Shown here: one piece after another, positions 9,869 through 19,737 of the stretch
Numbering within the stretch: the stretch's first letter is position 1
Layout: the number at the start of each line of letters is the position of its first letter
Translations under genes and position numbers: made by a program
Notes under the pieces: generated by a model
Told to the model about the DNA's origin: nothing
Seen by the model: the letters and a program-made list of their open reading frames with translations, nothing else
The model's database searches: none
NCBI GenBank assembly: GCA_947566125.1
Contig: CANOIR010000003.1
Coordinates: 3,239-67,238 of the forward strand
Length of the DNA stretch: 64,000 nucleotides
Direction: 5' to 3'
Source: an uncultured Ruminococcus sp.
Lineage (GTDB): Bacteria; Bacillota; Clostridia; Oscillospirales; Ruminococcaceae

Positions 9869-10726
9869 TCACACCTCCTGCTTTTTTGGTTCTGCATTAT
9901 ATCCGTGAAGCTTAAGCAAATGAGAAAGCACACTACGCATCTTGTTACGTCTTACTATCATATCAACAAATCCATGTTCCAACTGAAATTCTGCCAGCTG
10001 GAAATCATTAGGCAAATGCTGTTTTATAGTTCCTTCAATAACTCGTCTGCCTGCAAATCCAATGAGAACCTTTGGCTCTGCTATTATAATATCGCCGAGT
10101 GATGCAAATGATGCTGTTACACCGCCTGTTGTAGGGTCGGTCATTACAGTTATGTAAAGCTGTCCGGCTTCGTTGTGTTTCTGCACAGCGGCAGAAGTTT
10201 TTGCCATCTGCATAAGAGATATGATTCCCTCTTGCATTCTTGCTCCGCCTGAAGCTGTAAAAGCAACTACAGGAAGTTTATTTTCTGCTGCATATTCAAA
10301 TGCACGTGTAATTTTCTCACCGACAACGCTGCCCATAGACGCCATCATAAAGTTTGAATCCATTACTATCAAAACAGTTTTGCTGCCTTTTATTGTGCAC
10401 ATACCAGTAACTACAGCGTCCTTAAGACCGGTCTTTTGCTGTAAATCTGCCACCTTTTGAGCATAACCCGGAAATTCCAGTGGGTCAGCACTGCAAAGAT
10501 CCTTGTCAAACTCTACAAAAGAACCACCATCAGCAGTTATTGATATTCTTTCAGCAGCCGTCAGTCTGGCATGATACTGACAATTCGGGCAGACTTTTCC
10601 AAGCTCTGCAAGTTTCTGCTGAGTTATAGATGCTCCGCAGCGTGGGCATTTAAACATTGGCACTGCGGATTCAGGGTCATCACCATTAAAACGCTTTGTG
10701 ACCGTTTTAAACAAATCTTCTAACAT
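9869..10726 (-). CDS. accD: Acetyl-CoA carboxylase carboxyltransferase beta subunit
   Basis: CPRC...CPNC zinc finger, SGGARMQEG, PTTGGVTASFA and GFAGRRVIE motifs. Confidence 0.95.
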   Translation of the reverse strand: MLEDLFKTVTKRFNGDDPESAVPMFKCPRCGASITQQKLAELGKVCPNCQYHARLTAAERISITADGGSFVEFDKDLCSADPLEFPGYAQKVADLQQKTGLKDAVVTGMCTIKGSKTVLIVMDSNFMMASMGSVVGEKITRAFEYAAENKLPVVAFTASGGARMQEGIISLMQMAKTSAAVQKHNEAGQLYITVMTDPTTGGVTASFASLGDIIIAEPKVLIGFAGRRVIEGTIKQHLPNDFQLAEFQLEHGFVDMIVRRNKMRSVLSHLLKLHGYNAEPKKQEV

Positions 10727-10781
10727 ATCGTATCACCATATTACAGCTGCCTTATGCAGCCTGTCCTCTTCCATTATGATC

Positions 10782-12140
10782 TTATGATTTTTTCAGCTGT
10801 TCCAGATAATTCATCAGAAAAGCATTGTCATAATTTCCTTCTTCAAAATCCTGATTCTTAAGAAGTTTCAACTGGAAATCTATATTCGTATCTATTCCTT
10901 CTACAATAAATTCAGCCAGAGCCAAACGCATTTTCATAATGGCTTCTTTTCTTGTAGGTGCATGAACAATGAGCTTTGCAATCATTGAATCATAATAAGG
11001 TGGAATCGTGTAGCCCTGATATACTGCACTGTCAATTCTAACTCCCGGACCTCCAGGTATGTAAAGTGCATCTATTGTACCAGGTGACGGACGAAAATCC
11101 AAATCAGGATTTTCTGCATTTATACGGCACTCTATTGAATGACCGGTAAGCTTTATATCCTCCTGATTAAACGGCAGCTTTTCACCCTGTGCAATTTTAA
11201 GCTGCATTTGTACAAGATCAATTCCTGTTACAAATTCTGTTACAGGGTGTTCTACTTGGATACGTGTATTCATTTCCATAAAATAGAAATTTCTATCCCT
11301 ATCAACAAGAAATTCTATCGTACCTGCATTGCAGTAGCCTGCTGCTTTAGCAGCCTTTACAGCTGCTTCCTGCATTTTCTGTCTTAGTTCATCCGTCATA
11401 AGCGGACTCGGACTTTCTTCCAATACCTTCTGATTACGACGCTGCATACTACAGTCACGTTCTCCCAATGCCACTGTATTGCCGAATGAATCTGCTAAGA
11501 TCTGTATTTCAACATGATGAGGGCCAACAATAAACTTTTCAATGTAAACATCGTCATTTCCAAAAAATTTCAAAGCTTCGTCCTTGGCAAGTGCAAGCTG
11601 TGCTTCCATCTGCTCATCATTGTCGACTCTTCTTATGCCTCGTCCACCGCCGCCTGCCGATGCTTTTACAAGTACAGGATAACCTATTTCAGCTGCAATC
11701 TTCTTTGCATCCTCTACTGAACCCACAACACCATCTGAACCAGGAATTACAGGAACTCCTGCTGCTTTCATAGTTTCTTTGGCGTTGGCCTTGTCACCAA
11801 GCATTAAAATAGATTCTGGTGTAGGTCCTACAAATGTTATACCATGCTCTCTGCAAAGTGCTGCAAATTCTGCACTTTCAGATAAAAATCCAAAACCAGG
11901 GTGAATTGCATCTGCACCTGTATTCTCACACGCTGCAATGAGTGCCTGCATATTGAGATAACTATCCTTTGTAGCTGGAGGACCTATACAAACAGATTCA
12001 TCTGAGATCTTTGAATGTATGGCAGATCTGTCAGCTGTTGAATATACTGTTACGCAATGAAATCCAAGTTCACGACAGGCACGTATAATTCTTACTGCGA
12101 TCTCACCACGGTTAGCGATTAAAACTTTACTGAAACTCAT
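10782..12140 (-). CDS. accC: Biotin carboxylase
   Basis: KVLIANRGEIAVR, IHPGFGFLSE, KASAGGGGRG, EMNTRIQVEHPVTE and YYDSMIAKL motifs. Confidence 0.97.
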   Translation of the reverse strand: MSFSKVLIANRGEIAVRIIRACRELGFHCVTVYSTADRSAIHSKISDESVCIGPPATKDSYLNMQALIAACENTGADAIHPGFGFLSESAEFAALCREHGITFVGPTPESILMLGDKANAKETMKAAGVPVIPGSDGVVGSVEDAKKIAAEIGYPVLVKASAGGGGRGIRRVDNDEQMEAQLALAKDEALKFFGNDDVYIEKFIVGPHHVEIQILADSFGNTVALGERDCSMQRRNQKVLEESPSPLMTDELRQKMQEAAVKAAKAAGYCNAGTIEFLVDRDRNFYFMEMNTRIQVEHPVTEFVTGIDLVQMQLKIAQGEKLPFNQEDIKLTGHSIECRINAENPDLDFRPSPGTIDALYIPGGPGVRIDSAVYQGYTIPPYYDSMIAKLIVHAPTRKEAIMKMRLALAEFIVEGIDTNIDFQLKLLKNQDFEEGNYDNAFLMNYLEQLKKS

Positions 12141-12153
12141 AAGCAATGCTTCC

Positions 12154-12591
12154 TTACTTTTCTACGGCAAATTTTATCTCACAGGTAACAGCTTTCTTGC
12201 CATCGACAGATGCAGTAGCCTTGCCTACGCCTATAGGACCTCTTTGACTAATGATCTCAACTTCAAGGTCAAGAACATCACCCGGTACTACCTGACGGCG
12301 AAACTTTGCCTTATCAATACCTGCAAAAAGTGCAATTTTTCCCTTGAACTCCGGCTGAGAGAGAATACATACCGCACCTGCCTGAGCCAGCATTTCAACC
12401 ATAAGAACACCAGGTGTTACAGGTTTCTCCGGAAAATGTCCCTTGAACCAATAGTCATCTTCCTTTATATATTTACGTGCAACAACACGCTTGCCTTCTT
12501 CCATTTCTAATACTTCATCTATAAGCAGAAATGGGTCACGATGAGGTATTACCTCCATGATCTGTTCTCTGTTCATCAAAACCTCTGCCAT
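12154..12591 (-). CDS. fabZ: 3-hydroxyacyl-ACP dehydratase
   Basis: IPHRDPFLLID and FKGHFP..PVTPGVLMVE motifs. Confidence 0.96.
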   Translation of the reverse strand: MAEVLMNREQIMEVIPHRDPFLLIDEVLEMEEGKRVVARKYIKEDDYWFKGHFPEKPVTPGVLMVEMLAQAGAVCILSQPEFKGKIALFAGIDKAKFRRQVVPGDVLDLEVEIISQRGPIGVGKATASVDGKKAVTCEIKFAVEK

Positions 12592-12612
12592 TTGCTAAAC
12601 CTCCTGTATATT

Positions 12613-13092
12613 TCAGCGAATACGCATAATCGGCTGATCATATTCTACTGCTTCGCCATTTGAAACAAGTATTTCATCTACAACACCATCAAAGTCGCTT
12701 GTAACTTCATTCATAAGTTTCATTGACTCAATAATCATAAGCACATCACCTTTTTTAACAGTGTCACCCACTTTTACATAAGGTTCATCATCAGGACTTG
12801 CTGATGAATAAAATGTTCCAACCAGCGGAGCTTTTACTATATTTCCAACAGGTGCTTCTTCCTTCTTTGCAGATGTATCAGCAGCTACTTCTGTCGGCTC
12901 TGCATTTATTGCCGGTACAGCTTCCTGAATTGCAGGAACATATGGAGCAGCTGCAGACTGCATTATCTGAACAGGCTGCGGAGCTGTTCCCTCAATAACA
13001 ATCTCATATTCATCTGTCTTTAATTTGAGCTTTTCAAGCTTATACTCTGAAACGGCTTTTGCAAGCTCTTTTATTTCATCAATAGTATACAT
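12613..13092 (-). CDS. accB: Biotin carboxyl carrier protein
   Basis: APLVGTFY and ESMKLMNEV biotinylation site. Confidence 0.96.
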   Translation of the reverse strand: MYTIDEIKELAKAVSEYKLEKLKLKTDEYEIVIEGTAPQPVQIMQSAAAPYVPAIQEAVPAINAEPTEVAADTSAKKEEAPVGNIVKAPLVGTFYSSASPDDEPYVKVGDTVKKGDVLMIIESMKLMNEVTSDFDGVVDEILVSNGEAVEYDQPIMRIR

Positions 13093-13104
13093 CTCTATTC
13101 TCCT

Positions 13105-14343
13105 TTAGTCTTCGATCTTCTTGAAGCACAGCGTTGCATTGTGTCCGCCAAAGCCTAAAGAATTTGACAAAACAGCCTTTACAGGCATTTGAACCGGACC
13201 GTCTGTACAATAATCAAGATCACACTCTTCATCAGGTGTTGTATATCCAATAGTCTGATGAATGAAATCATCCTTGATAGACAGAGCAGAAACAATAGCT
13301 TCTACAGCACCTGTACCGCCAAGCATATGACCAGTCATAGACTTTGTGGAATTTATTTTTACCTTGCGTGCGTTTTCTTCACCTAAAGCAATCTTTATTG
13401 CCCTTGTTTCATATTTATCATTAAGACCTGTTGAAGTGCCATGTGCATTTATATAGGTAATATCCTCTGGAGCAAGACCTGCTTCTTCATATGAATTCTT
13501 CATAGCTCTCGCAGCAGCTTCACATTCCGGTGAAGGTGATGTCATATGATAAGCATCACAAGTTGCACCATAGCCTGCAAGTTCACAATAGATCTTAGCT
13601 CCTCTTGCCTTTGCATGTTCATATTCTTCAAGCATAAGAACGCCTGCACCTTCTCCCAATACAAAACCGCTTCTGTTCTTATCAAACGGCGTAGATGCCT
13701 TTGCAGGATCGGTTTCACGTGTGAGTGCTTTCATAGTTTTAAATCCGCCGATAGTAAATTCAGTTACAGTGGACTCAGTACCACCGCAAAGACAAGCGTC
13801 TAAATATCCATCCTTTATCTTACGGAATGCCTCACCTATCGCATGAGTAGCAGATGCACAAGCTGTAACAGTAGCAAAGTTATCGCCTCTGAAATTTATT
13901 TTCATAGCGATCTCACCTGCTGCCATATTAGAGATCATCATAGGAACGAAAAACGGTGAGATTCTGTTTGGACCTTTTTCCAGATACTTTTTATGTTCTT
14001 GCTGTGTCATTTCCAAACCACCTATACCACAGCCAATAATAACACCGCACTTGTAAACATCAAGATCTTTCATATCACTGCCACAGTCTTCAATAGCCTG
14101 CTTTGCAGAAGCAACTGCAAACTGGGTAAAACGTTCCATATGGCGAATATCCTTTTTGTCACAATAAGCAGTAGGGTCAAAATCACGCACGATTCCTGCT
14201 ACGCTTACACCTACTTCTGTTGTATCGAAACTGTCGATTTTAGAAATTCCCAGTTTTCCTGCTTTAACATTATTCCAAAATGTAGGAACATCACAACCAA
14301 GAGGATTTACAGTTCCCATACCGGTAATAACTACTCTTCTCAT
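13105..14343 (-). CDS. fabF: Beta-ketoacyl-ACP synthase II
   Basis: TACASATHAIGEA, NAHGTST, KSMTGHMLG and SNSLGFGGHN motifs. Confidence 0.97.
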   Translation of the reverse strand: MRRVVITGMGTVNPLGCDVPTFWNNVKAGKLGISKIDSFDTTEVGVSVAGIVRDFDPTAYCDKKDIRHMERFTQFAVASAKQAIEDCGSDMKDLDVYKCGVIIGCGIGGLEMTQQEHKKYLEKGPNRISPFFVPMMISNMAAGEIAMKINFRGDNFATVTACASATHAIGEAFRKIKDGYLDACLCGGTESTVTEFTIGGFKTMKALTRETDPAKASTPFDKNRSGFVLGEGAGVLMLEEYEHAKARGAKIYCELAGYGATCDAYHMTSPSPECEAAARAMKNSYEEAGLAPEDITYINAHGTSTGLNDKYETRAIKIALGEENARKVKINSTKSMTGHMLGGTGAVEAIVSALSIKDDFIHQTIGYTTPDEECDLDYCTDGPVQMPVKAVLSNSLGFGGHNATLCFKKIED

Positions 14344-14435
14344 AAATATATTTCACTCTGCCAAATTATCATAATAACAGATAATACTTCAGCAAACTCC
14401 TTTCTGATTAAATAAATAAATTCAATACAGTTTTA

Positions 14436-15176
14436 TTACATCATAAGACCGCCGGATATTTCAATAGTCTGACCTGTTACATAACTTGCATCTTTTGAAC
14501 AAAGGAATGAAACAACACTGGCGATCTCTTCCGGCAAACCATAACGCTTCATTGCAACAAGGCTAAGCATTTCCTTTTTCTGTTCTTCTGTAAGAACATC
14601 TGTCATAGGAGTTTTAATAAATCCAGGTGCTACAGCGTTTACTGTAATATTTCTTGAACCAAGTTCTTTAGCAGCAGTCTTTGTCATGCCTATAATAGCA
14701 GCCTTTGACGCAGAATAATTCATCTGTCCAGGATTGCCGTAAAGACCTGCAACAGAAGCCAGACTTACAATACTGCCGTGCTTCTGACGAAGCATAACAG
14801 CACCAACGAGCTTTATCATATTAAATACGCTCTTCTGGTTTACTGCAATAACTGTATCATATTGTTCTTCTGACATTCTAAGCAGCAAGCCGTCTTTTGT
14901 GATTCCAGCATTATTTACCAAAGCATCAATGCTTCCAAATGTACTCTTGACTGCCTTTACCATTTCGTCACACTGAGCATAATCAGCAACATTTGCTGCA
15001 AAAAGTTCTGCCTTAACTCCAAAGCTGCGGCAAGTTTCTGCAACCTTTTCTGCATTTGCTTTATCATTATCACTTGGAAAATGATTTATTGCAACATCAT
15101 ATCCATCTTTTGCAAGACGCTCTGCAATACACGCACCTATTCCCTGAGATGCACCTGTTATGAGTGCTGTAGCCAT
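14436..15176 (-). CDS. fabG: 3-oxoacyl-ACP reductase
   Basis: TGASQGIG, NNAGIT and NYSASKAA motifs, within the FASII cluster. Confidence 0.94.
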   Translation of the reverse strand: MATALITGASQGIGACIAERLAKDGYDVAINHFPSDNDKANAEKVAETCRSFGVKAELFAANVADYAQCDEMVKAVKSTFGSIDALVNNAGITKDGLLLRMSEEQYDTVIAVNQKSVFNMIKLVGAVMLRQKHGSIVSLASVAGLYGNPGQMNYSASKAAIIGMTKTAAKELGSRNITVNAVAPGFIKTPMTDVLTEEQKKEMLSLVAMKRYGLPEEIASVVSFLCSKDASYVTGQTIEISGGLMM

Positions 15177-15195
15177 TTATTTTTCTCCCTTCAAA

Positions 15196-16122
15196 TTATC
15201 TGCCCAAAAGCTTTTCAGCCTGTGACATCATTTCTTCTATTACATCTTTACATGGACGAATATCCTTTACCATGCCTGCGATAAGTCCACAAAGGAATGA
15301 ACCTTCGTCTACATTGCCGTCTACAACAGCTTTACGCAGTGAACCTACTGTCAATGCTTCAAAATCTTCCGGAGGTGCAGCATTCTTTTCCATCTCCTGA
15401 AGTTTCTTTGTATACTTTGTCTTTACGCTACGGCATGGGCTTCCGGAATAGAAACCTGTAATCTGATTATCTGTATCCTTTGCTTTTAAGACAAGATTCT
15501 TATAGTTTTCGTGAATCTGACATTCTTCTGTTGCAAGGAATCTTGTACCTACTTGCACACCTTCTGCACCAAGCATAAATGAAGCTGCAACTCCTCTGCC
15601 GTCTGCAATACCGCCTGCTGCAATAACAGGGATATTAACTGCATCAACTATCTGAGGTACAAGGCACATTGTAGTATTCATGCCTATATGTCCGCCTGAT
15701 TCTGTACCTTCTGCAATAACTGCATCTGCACCGCTGCGTTCCATACGCTTTGCAAGAGCAACAGATGGAACTACAGGTATAACCTTAATGCCTGCTGCTT
15801 TCCAGCTTTCCATATACTTGCCCGGATTGCCGGCACCTGTTGTTATAAACGGAACTTTCTCATCAATAACAAGCTGTGCTAAATCTTCAGCATTTGGACT
15901 CATAAGCATAATATTTACGCCAAAAGGCTTGTCTCCCACTTTATCTCTGCATATTCTTATCTGCTCACGAAGATAGTCAATAGGTGCACTGCCGCCTGCA
16001 ATAATGCCACAACCACCTGCATTTGTAACAGCTGCTGCAAGTGTGCTTTCTGCTATCCACGCCATACCGCCCTGAAAAAGCGGATATTTGCAGCCAAGCA
16101 ACTCTGTGATTTTTGTTTTCAT
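15196..16122 (-). CDS. fabK: Enoyl-ACP reductase II
   Basis: QGGMAW, EGTESGGHIG, AAGGIADGRG and GTRFLAT motifs, FASII context. Confidence 0.93.
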   Translation of the reverse strand: MKTKITELLGCKYPLFQGGMAWIAESTLAAAVTNAGGCGIIAGGSAPIDYLREQIRICRDKVGDKPFGVNIMLMSPNAEDLAQLVIDEKVPFITTGAGNPGKYMESWKAAGIKVIPVVPSVALAKRMERSGADAVIAEGTESGGHIGMNTTMCLVPQIVDAVNIPVIAAGGIADGRGVAASFMLGAEGVQVGTRFLATEECQIHENYKNLVLKAKDTDNQITGFYSGSPCRSVKTKYTKKLQEMEKNAAPPEDFEALTVGSLRKAVVDGNVDEGSFLCGLIAGMVKDIRPCKDVIEEMMSQAEKLLGR

Positions 16123-16173
16123 AATATTTTCCTTTCTCCGTTATCGGATACTTCTACAGCTAATGTTCAAAAT

Positions 16174-17184
16174 TTAATATTCCATAATTATAGCCGCATA
16201 GGTAAGACCAGCACCGAAACCTACAAGACATATCTTATCGCCACGCTTTATCTCACCTGAACGAACAGCCTCATCGAGTGCGATAGGGATAGAAGCACTT
16301 GATGTATTTCCATGCTGTTTAATATTCACAACGACTTTTTCCATAGGAAGTTTCAAATTTTTCATAGCAGTTTCAATAATTCTTATATTTGCCTGATGAG
16401 GTACTATCTTATCAAGACTGCTGAGTTCAAAGCCTATTTTATCAGCAGCAGCTTTTGCAGCCTTTGGCATTGCATGGGTCGCAAATCGATAAACTTCCTT
16501 GCCGTCCTGCTTCATGCCATGAGGATAGCTGCCTTCAGGTGCTGAGCTGAAATCATGCCATTCATATGACAGTTTTTCTTCATCAACAAAAGGTGAATCA
16601 GGAAGTGCACTTTTTGCAAAAAGATACTTAGCACCTGTACCATCAGCACCAAGATGACTGGAATAAAGTGTATCTTCTTTGTATTCCACAACAGCAGCGG
16701 CTGCACCATCGCCAAACAGAATACATGATGAACGATCCTCATAGTTTGTGATACGTGACAACTGTTCATTTGCAATAACCAGAGCATATTTTGAATCAGG
16801 CTCTGTTTTTAGAAAACGATGTGCCATATCCATAGCATACACAAATCCGGAACAAGCTGCATTTAAGTCAAAGCAGGCTGCATTAACCGCACCCGTTTCA
16901 CGCTGAATAATGCAAGACATAGACGGTGTACAGTAATCCTGTGTAATGGTTGTATCAATAATAAGTGCGATCTCAACCGGATCTATTCCAGCAGCATCAA
17001 TTGCCGACTTTGCTGCCTCAGCACCCATATACCATGTAGGCTCTCCTGTTGCAACATGTCTTACGCTTATGCCGGTACGTGTACGAATCCACTCATCATT
17101 CGTTTCAATAAATTTTGTCAGATCCTCATTTGTAAGCATTCCATCCGGCTTAAAGCTGCCGGTTCCTAAAATGTGAAGGCCCAT
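16174..17184 (-). CDS. fabH: Beta-ketoacyl-ACP synthase III
   Basis: DLNAACSGF, LFGDGA, PHQANIRII and HGNTSSASIP motifs. Confidence 0.96.
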   Translation of the reverse strand: MGLHILGTGSFKPDGMLTNEDLTKFIETNDEWIRTRTGISVRHVATGEPTWYMGAEAAKSAIDAAGIDPVEIALIIDTTITQDYCTPSMSCIIQRETGAVNAACFDLNAACSGFVYAMDMAHRFLKTEPDSKYALVIANEQLSRITNYEDRSSCILFGDGAAAAVVEYKEDTLYSSHLGADGTGAKYLFAKSALPDSPFVDEEKLSYEWHDFSSAPEGSYPHGMKQDGKEVYRFATHAMPKAAKAAADKIGFELSSLDKIVPHQANIRIIETAMKNLKLPMEKVVVNIKQHGNTSSASIPIALDEAVRSGEIKRGDKICLVGFGAGLTYAAIIMEY

Positions 17185-17287
17185 GGAAAAATTCCTCCGT
17201 TCCTATTGTGTTTATTTTAATTTTGTGATATGATTAGAAAAGCAGAGATAACATAATACTCATCTGCTGGAAATCATATACTCTTAT

Positions 17288-17316
17288 ATTATACAATATT
17301 TCGGTGACTTTTGCAA
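17288..17316 (-). promoter_or_regulatory. Sigma-A-type promoter for the fabH operon
   Basis: Minus strand TTGCAA (17316-17311), 17 bp spacer, TATAAT (17293-17288). Confidence 0.6.
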
Positions 17317-17438
17317 TGACAAAGCGTGTTTTTTATATAAACTCCAACAGCTTTATATATTTTGTACATTCAAATGCGCTTTTACAAAGCAATCATTAGC
17401 ATAATTCACCAATGAAAGTGGAAAGGACTTACGTTTTT

Positions 17439-18347
17439 ATGACAATTTCTCTATTTTCAGGACAAGGCTCACAATTTATCGGAATGGGCATTGACCTCTT
17501 AAATGCAGACCCTTCTCTTGGCTTTATTTATGACACAGCCTCAGATGTTTTAGGCTTCGACCTAAAAAAAATCATATCTGAAAGCGATGCTGAAACACTT
17601 TCAAGAACAATTTACGCTCAGCCAGCCATTATGGCAACCTCTCTTGTATGCCTTGAGGCTGCAAAAAAGCGTGGCTTTGAATTTGAAGGTGTTGCCGGAC
17701 ATTCTCTTGGTGAATATGCTGCTATGGTCGCTTCCGGTATGCTGTCTTTGGAATACGGATTCCGTGTTATCAAAGCCCGTGCTGCTGCAATGGATAAAGC
17801 TGCACAAAATTCAGAAGGTTCAATGTGTGCTATTCTAAAAATGGTTCCGGCAGATGTTGAAAAACTCTGCGAAGAAATTGATGGCTATGTTGTTCCGGCA
17901 AACTATAACTCATCTGTTCAGACTGTAATTGCTGGTGAAAAGGCTGCTGTTGCCGCTGCTGCAGAAGCTGCTGCCGCTAAACGTGCAAGAGCCGTTCCGC
18001 TTGCTGTAGCAAGTGCATTCCACACAAAAATTATGCAGCCTGCCGCTGATGAATTTTATGAAATGGTAAAGGATGTTAAATTTAACGTTCCAAATGTTAA
18101 ATTCTATTCAAATGTGCTTGGAACAGAACTTACTGACTTTTCTGATATTCCAACACTGCTGGCTAAACATATTGTATCACCTGTTCGTTTTACAGCAGAA
18201 CTGGCTGCTATGCAGTCTGATGGATTTGATAGATTCATAGAATTCGGTCCAAAAAATGTTCTGACCGGTCTTGTTAAAAAGACTCTTAAGGATGTAACAG
18301 CTAAAAACTGTGAAAATTGCAGTACTCTTGAAGAGGTGATGGCATAA
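17439..18347 (+). CDS. fabD: Malonyl-CoA:ACP transacylase
   Basis: FSGQGSQ, AQPAI, AGHSLGEY and AFHT motifs. ATG 17439 follows a GAAAGGA RBS. Confidence 0.96.
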   Translation: MTISLFSGQGSQFIGMGIDLLNADPSLGFIYDTASDVLGFDLKKIISESDAETLSRTIYAQPAIMATSLVCLEAAKKRGFEFEGVAGHSLGEYAAMVASGMLSLEYGFRVIKARAAAMDKAAQNSEGSMCAILKMVPADVEKLCEEIDGYVVPANYNSSVQTVIAGEKAAVAAAAEAAAAKRARAVPLAVASAFHTKIMQPAADEFYEMVKDVKFNVPNVKFYSNVLGTELTDFSDIPTLLAKHIVSPVRFTAELAAMQSDGFDRFIEFGPKNVLTGLVKKTLKDVTAKNCENCSTLEEVMA

Positions 18348-19207
18348 TGAATAAATACATACTTATAGGTCACCCTTTGGGTCACTCGATGTCACCTATG
18401 ATACATGAAAGACTTTTTGCAATAAAAGGCAGAGAAGTTGATTACAGTCTGGTAGAAATAACTCCGGAAGAATTACATTTAAAAGCTGATTTTTTAAGAC
18501 AATTCAAGGGATTTAATATAACAATACCACACAAGCAAAATATTATTCCTCTGCTTGATGAAATAGGTGAATCTGCTGCAAGATATAACTCTGTAAACTG
18601 CGTTGTAAACGATGGCGGAAAGCTTATTGGATATAATACTGACTGTGACGGATTTATAAGAAGTGTAGAAAAATATCCCATGAATGGAAAAGTTCTTCTT
18701 GTAGGCTGCGGCGGTGTTGGCAGAATGATGGCAATTGAAGCTGCGAGAAGCGGTGCTGATCTTACATTTGGCATACTGCCGTGTGATAAGGAAAGGGCAG
18801 CTATTCTTACAGAAGAGATACATATCATGAGTCCTGATACAAAGATAAAAACTGTTCTTACATCAGACCTTGATGACAGCTTTGATGTTATACTAAACGC
18901 TACTCCGGCAGGAATGTATCCTAAGACAGAAACTTGTGCTGTAAGCGATTCTCTGATCGAAAAATGCAACTATGTATTTGACGCTGTTTATAATCCTGTT
19001 GAAACTACACTCATGAGAAAGGCAAGGAGTTTTGGAAAAACTGCCAAGGGCGGAAGTGCAATGCTGGTATTACAGGCTGTAAAGGCTCATGAACTTTGGG
19101 ATAATGATTTCTATACTGAAGATCAGATAGATGAAATAATAACAGCAATGGAAAAGCAGGTAACAGAGCAATTCCCTGTAACTGTAAACGGAGGTGACCA
19201 TAGGTGA
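18347..19207 (+). CDS. aroE: Shikimate dehydrogenase
   Basis: GHSMSPMIH, NITIPHK, GYNTDCDG and NATPAGM motifs. Confidence 0.94.
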   Translation: MNKYILIGHPLGHSMSPMIHERLFAIKGREVDYSLVEITPEELHLKADFLRQFKGFNITIPHKQNIIPLLDEIGESAARYNSVNCVVNDGGKLIGYNTDCDGFIRSVEKYPMNGKVLLVGCGGVGRMMAIEAARSGADLTFGILPCDKERAAILTEEIHIMSPDTKIKTVLTSDLDDSFDVILNATPAGMYPKTETCAVSDSLIEKCNYVFDAVYNPVETTLMRKARSFGKTAKGGSAMLVLQAVKAHELWDNDFYTEDQIDEIITAMEKQVTEQFPVTVNGGDHR

Positions 19208-19725
19208 CGATATTTCTTTGCGGCTTTATGGGCTGCGGAAAAACCACTGTCGGACACTCTCTTGCCAAAACTCTTGGCATTCCGCTCATTGATACAGATG
19301 AAGAAATCGTAAAACATGAGAGTATGAGCATACCTCAGATTTTTGAACAGAAGGGTGAACCTTATTTCAGAAAAGTCGAAGCTGAAATAGTTTGCGGTCT
19401 TTGCTCAAAAAACGCAGTTATAGCTTGTGGCGGCGGTGCTATGTTAAACAATGATACTGCATTAACTGTAAAAAACTCAGGAGCTTCTATAGTACTTCTT
19501 GACTTAAATTTTGAAGAATGTTATGCCAGAATAAAAGATGACCAAAACCGCCCTATAGTTCAGAAAAACACAAAGCAGCAGCTGAATGAAATATTTGATA
19601 ATCGTTTAGGCGTATATCAAAACAATGCAACAGTATCTGTTAAGCTTTCATATGAACTTACACCGGACGAATCAGCAAAACGCATTATTGAAATCTTAGG
19701 CATAAATGTGCCTACAGCTTGTTAA
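19204..19725 (+). CDS. aroK: Shikimate kinase
   Basis: GFMGCGKTT P-loop, GEPYFRKVE and CGGG motifs, GTG start. Confidence 0.94.
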   Translation: MTIFLCGFMGCGKTTVGHSLAKTLGIPLIDTDEEIVKHESMSIPQIFEQKGEPYFRKVEAEIVCGLCSKNAVIACGGGAMLNNDTALTVKNSGASIVLLDLNFEECYARIKDDQNRPIVQKNTKQQLNEIFDNRLGVYQNNATVSVKLSYELTPDESAKRIIEILGINVPTAC

Positions 19726-19737
19726 ACAGGAGATAAA

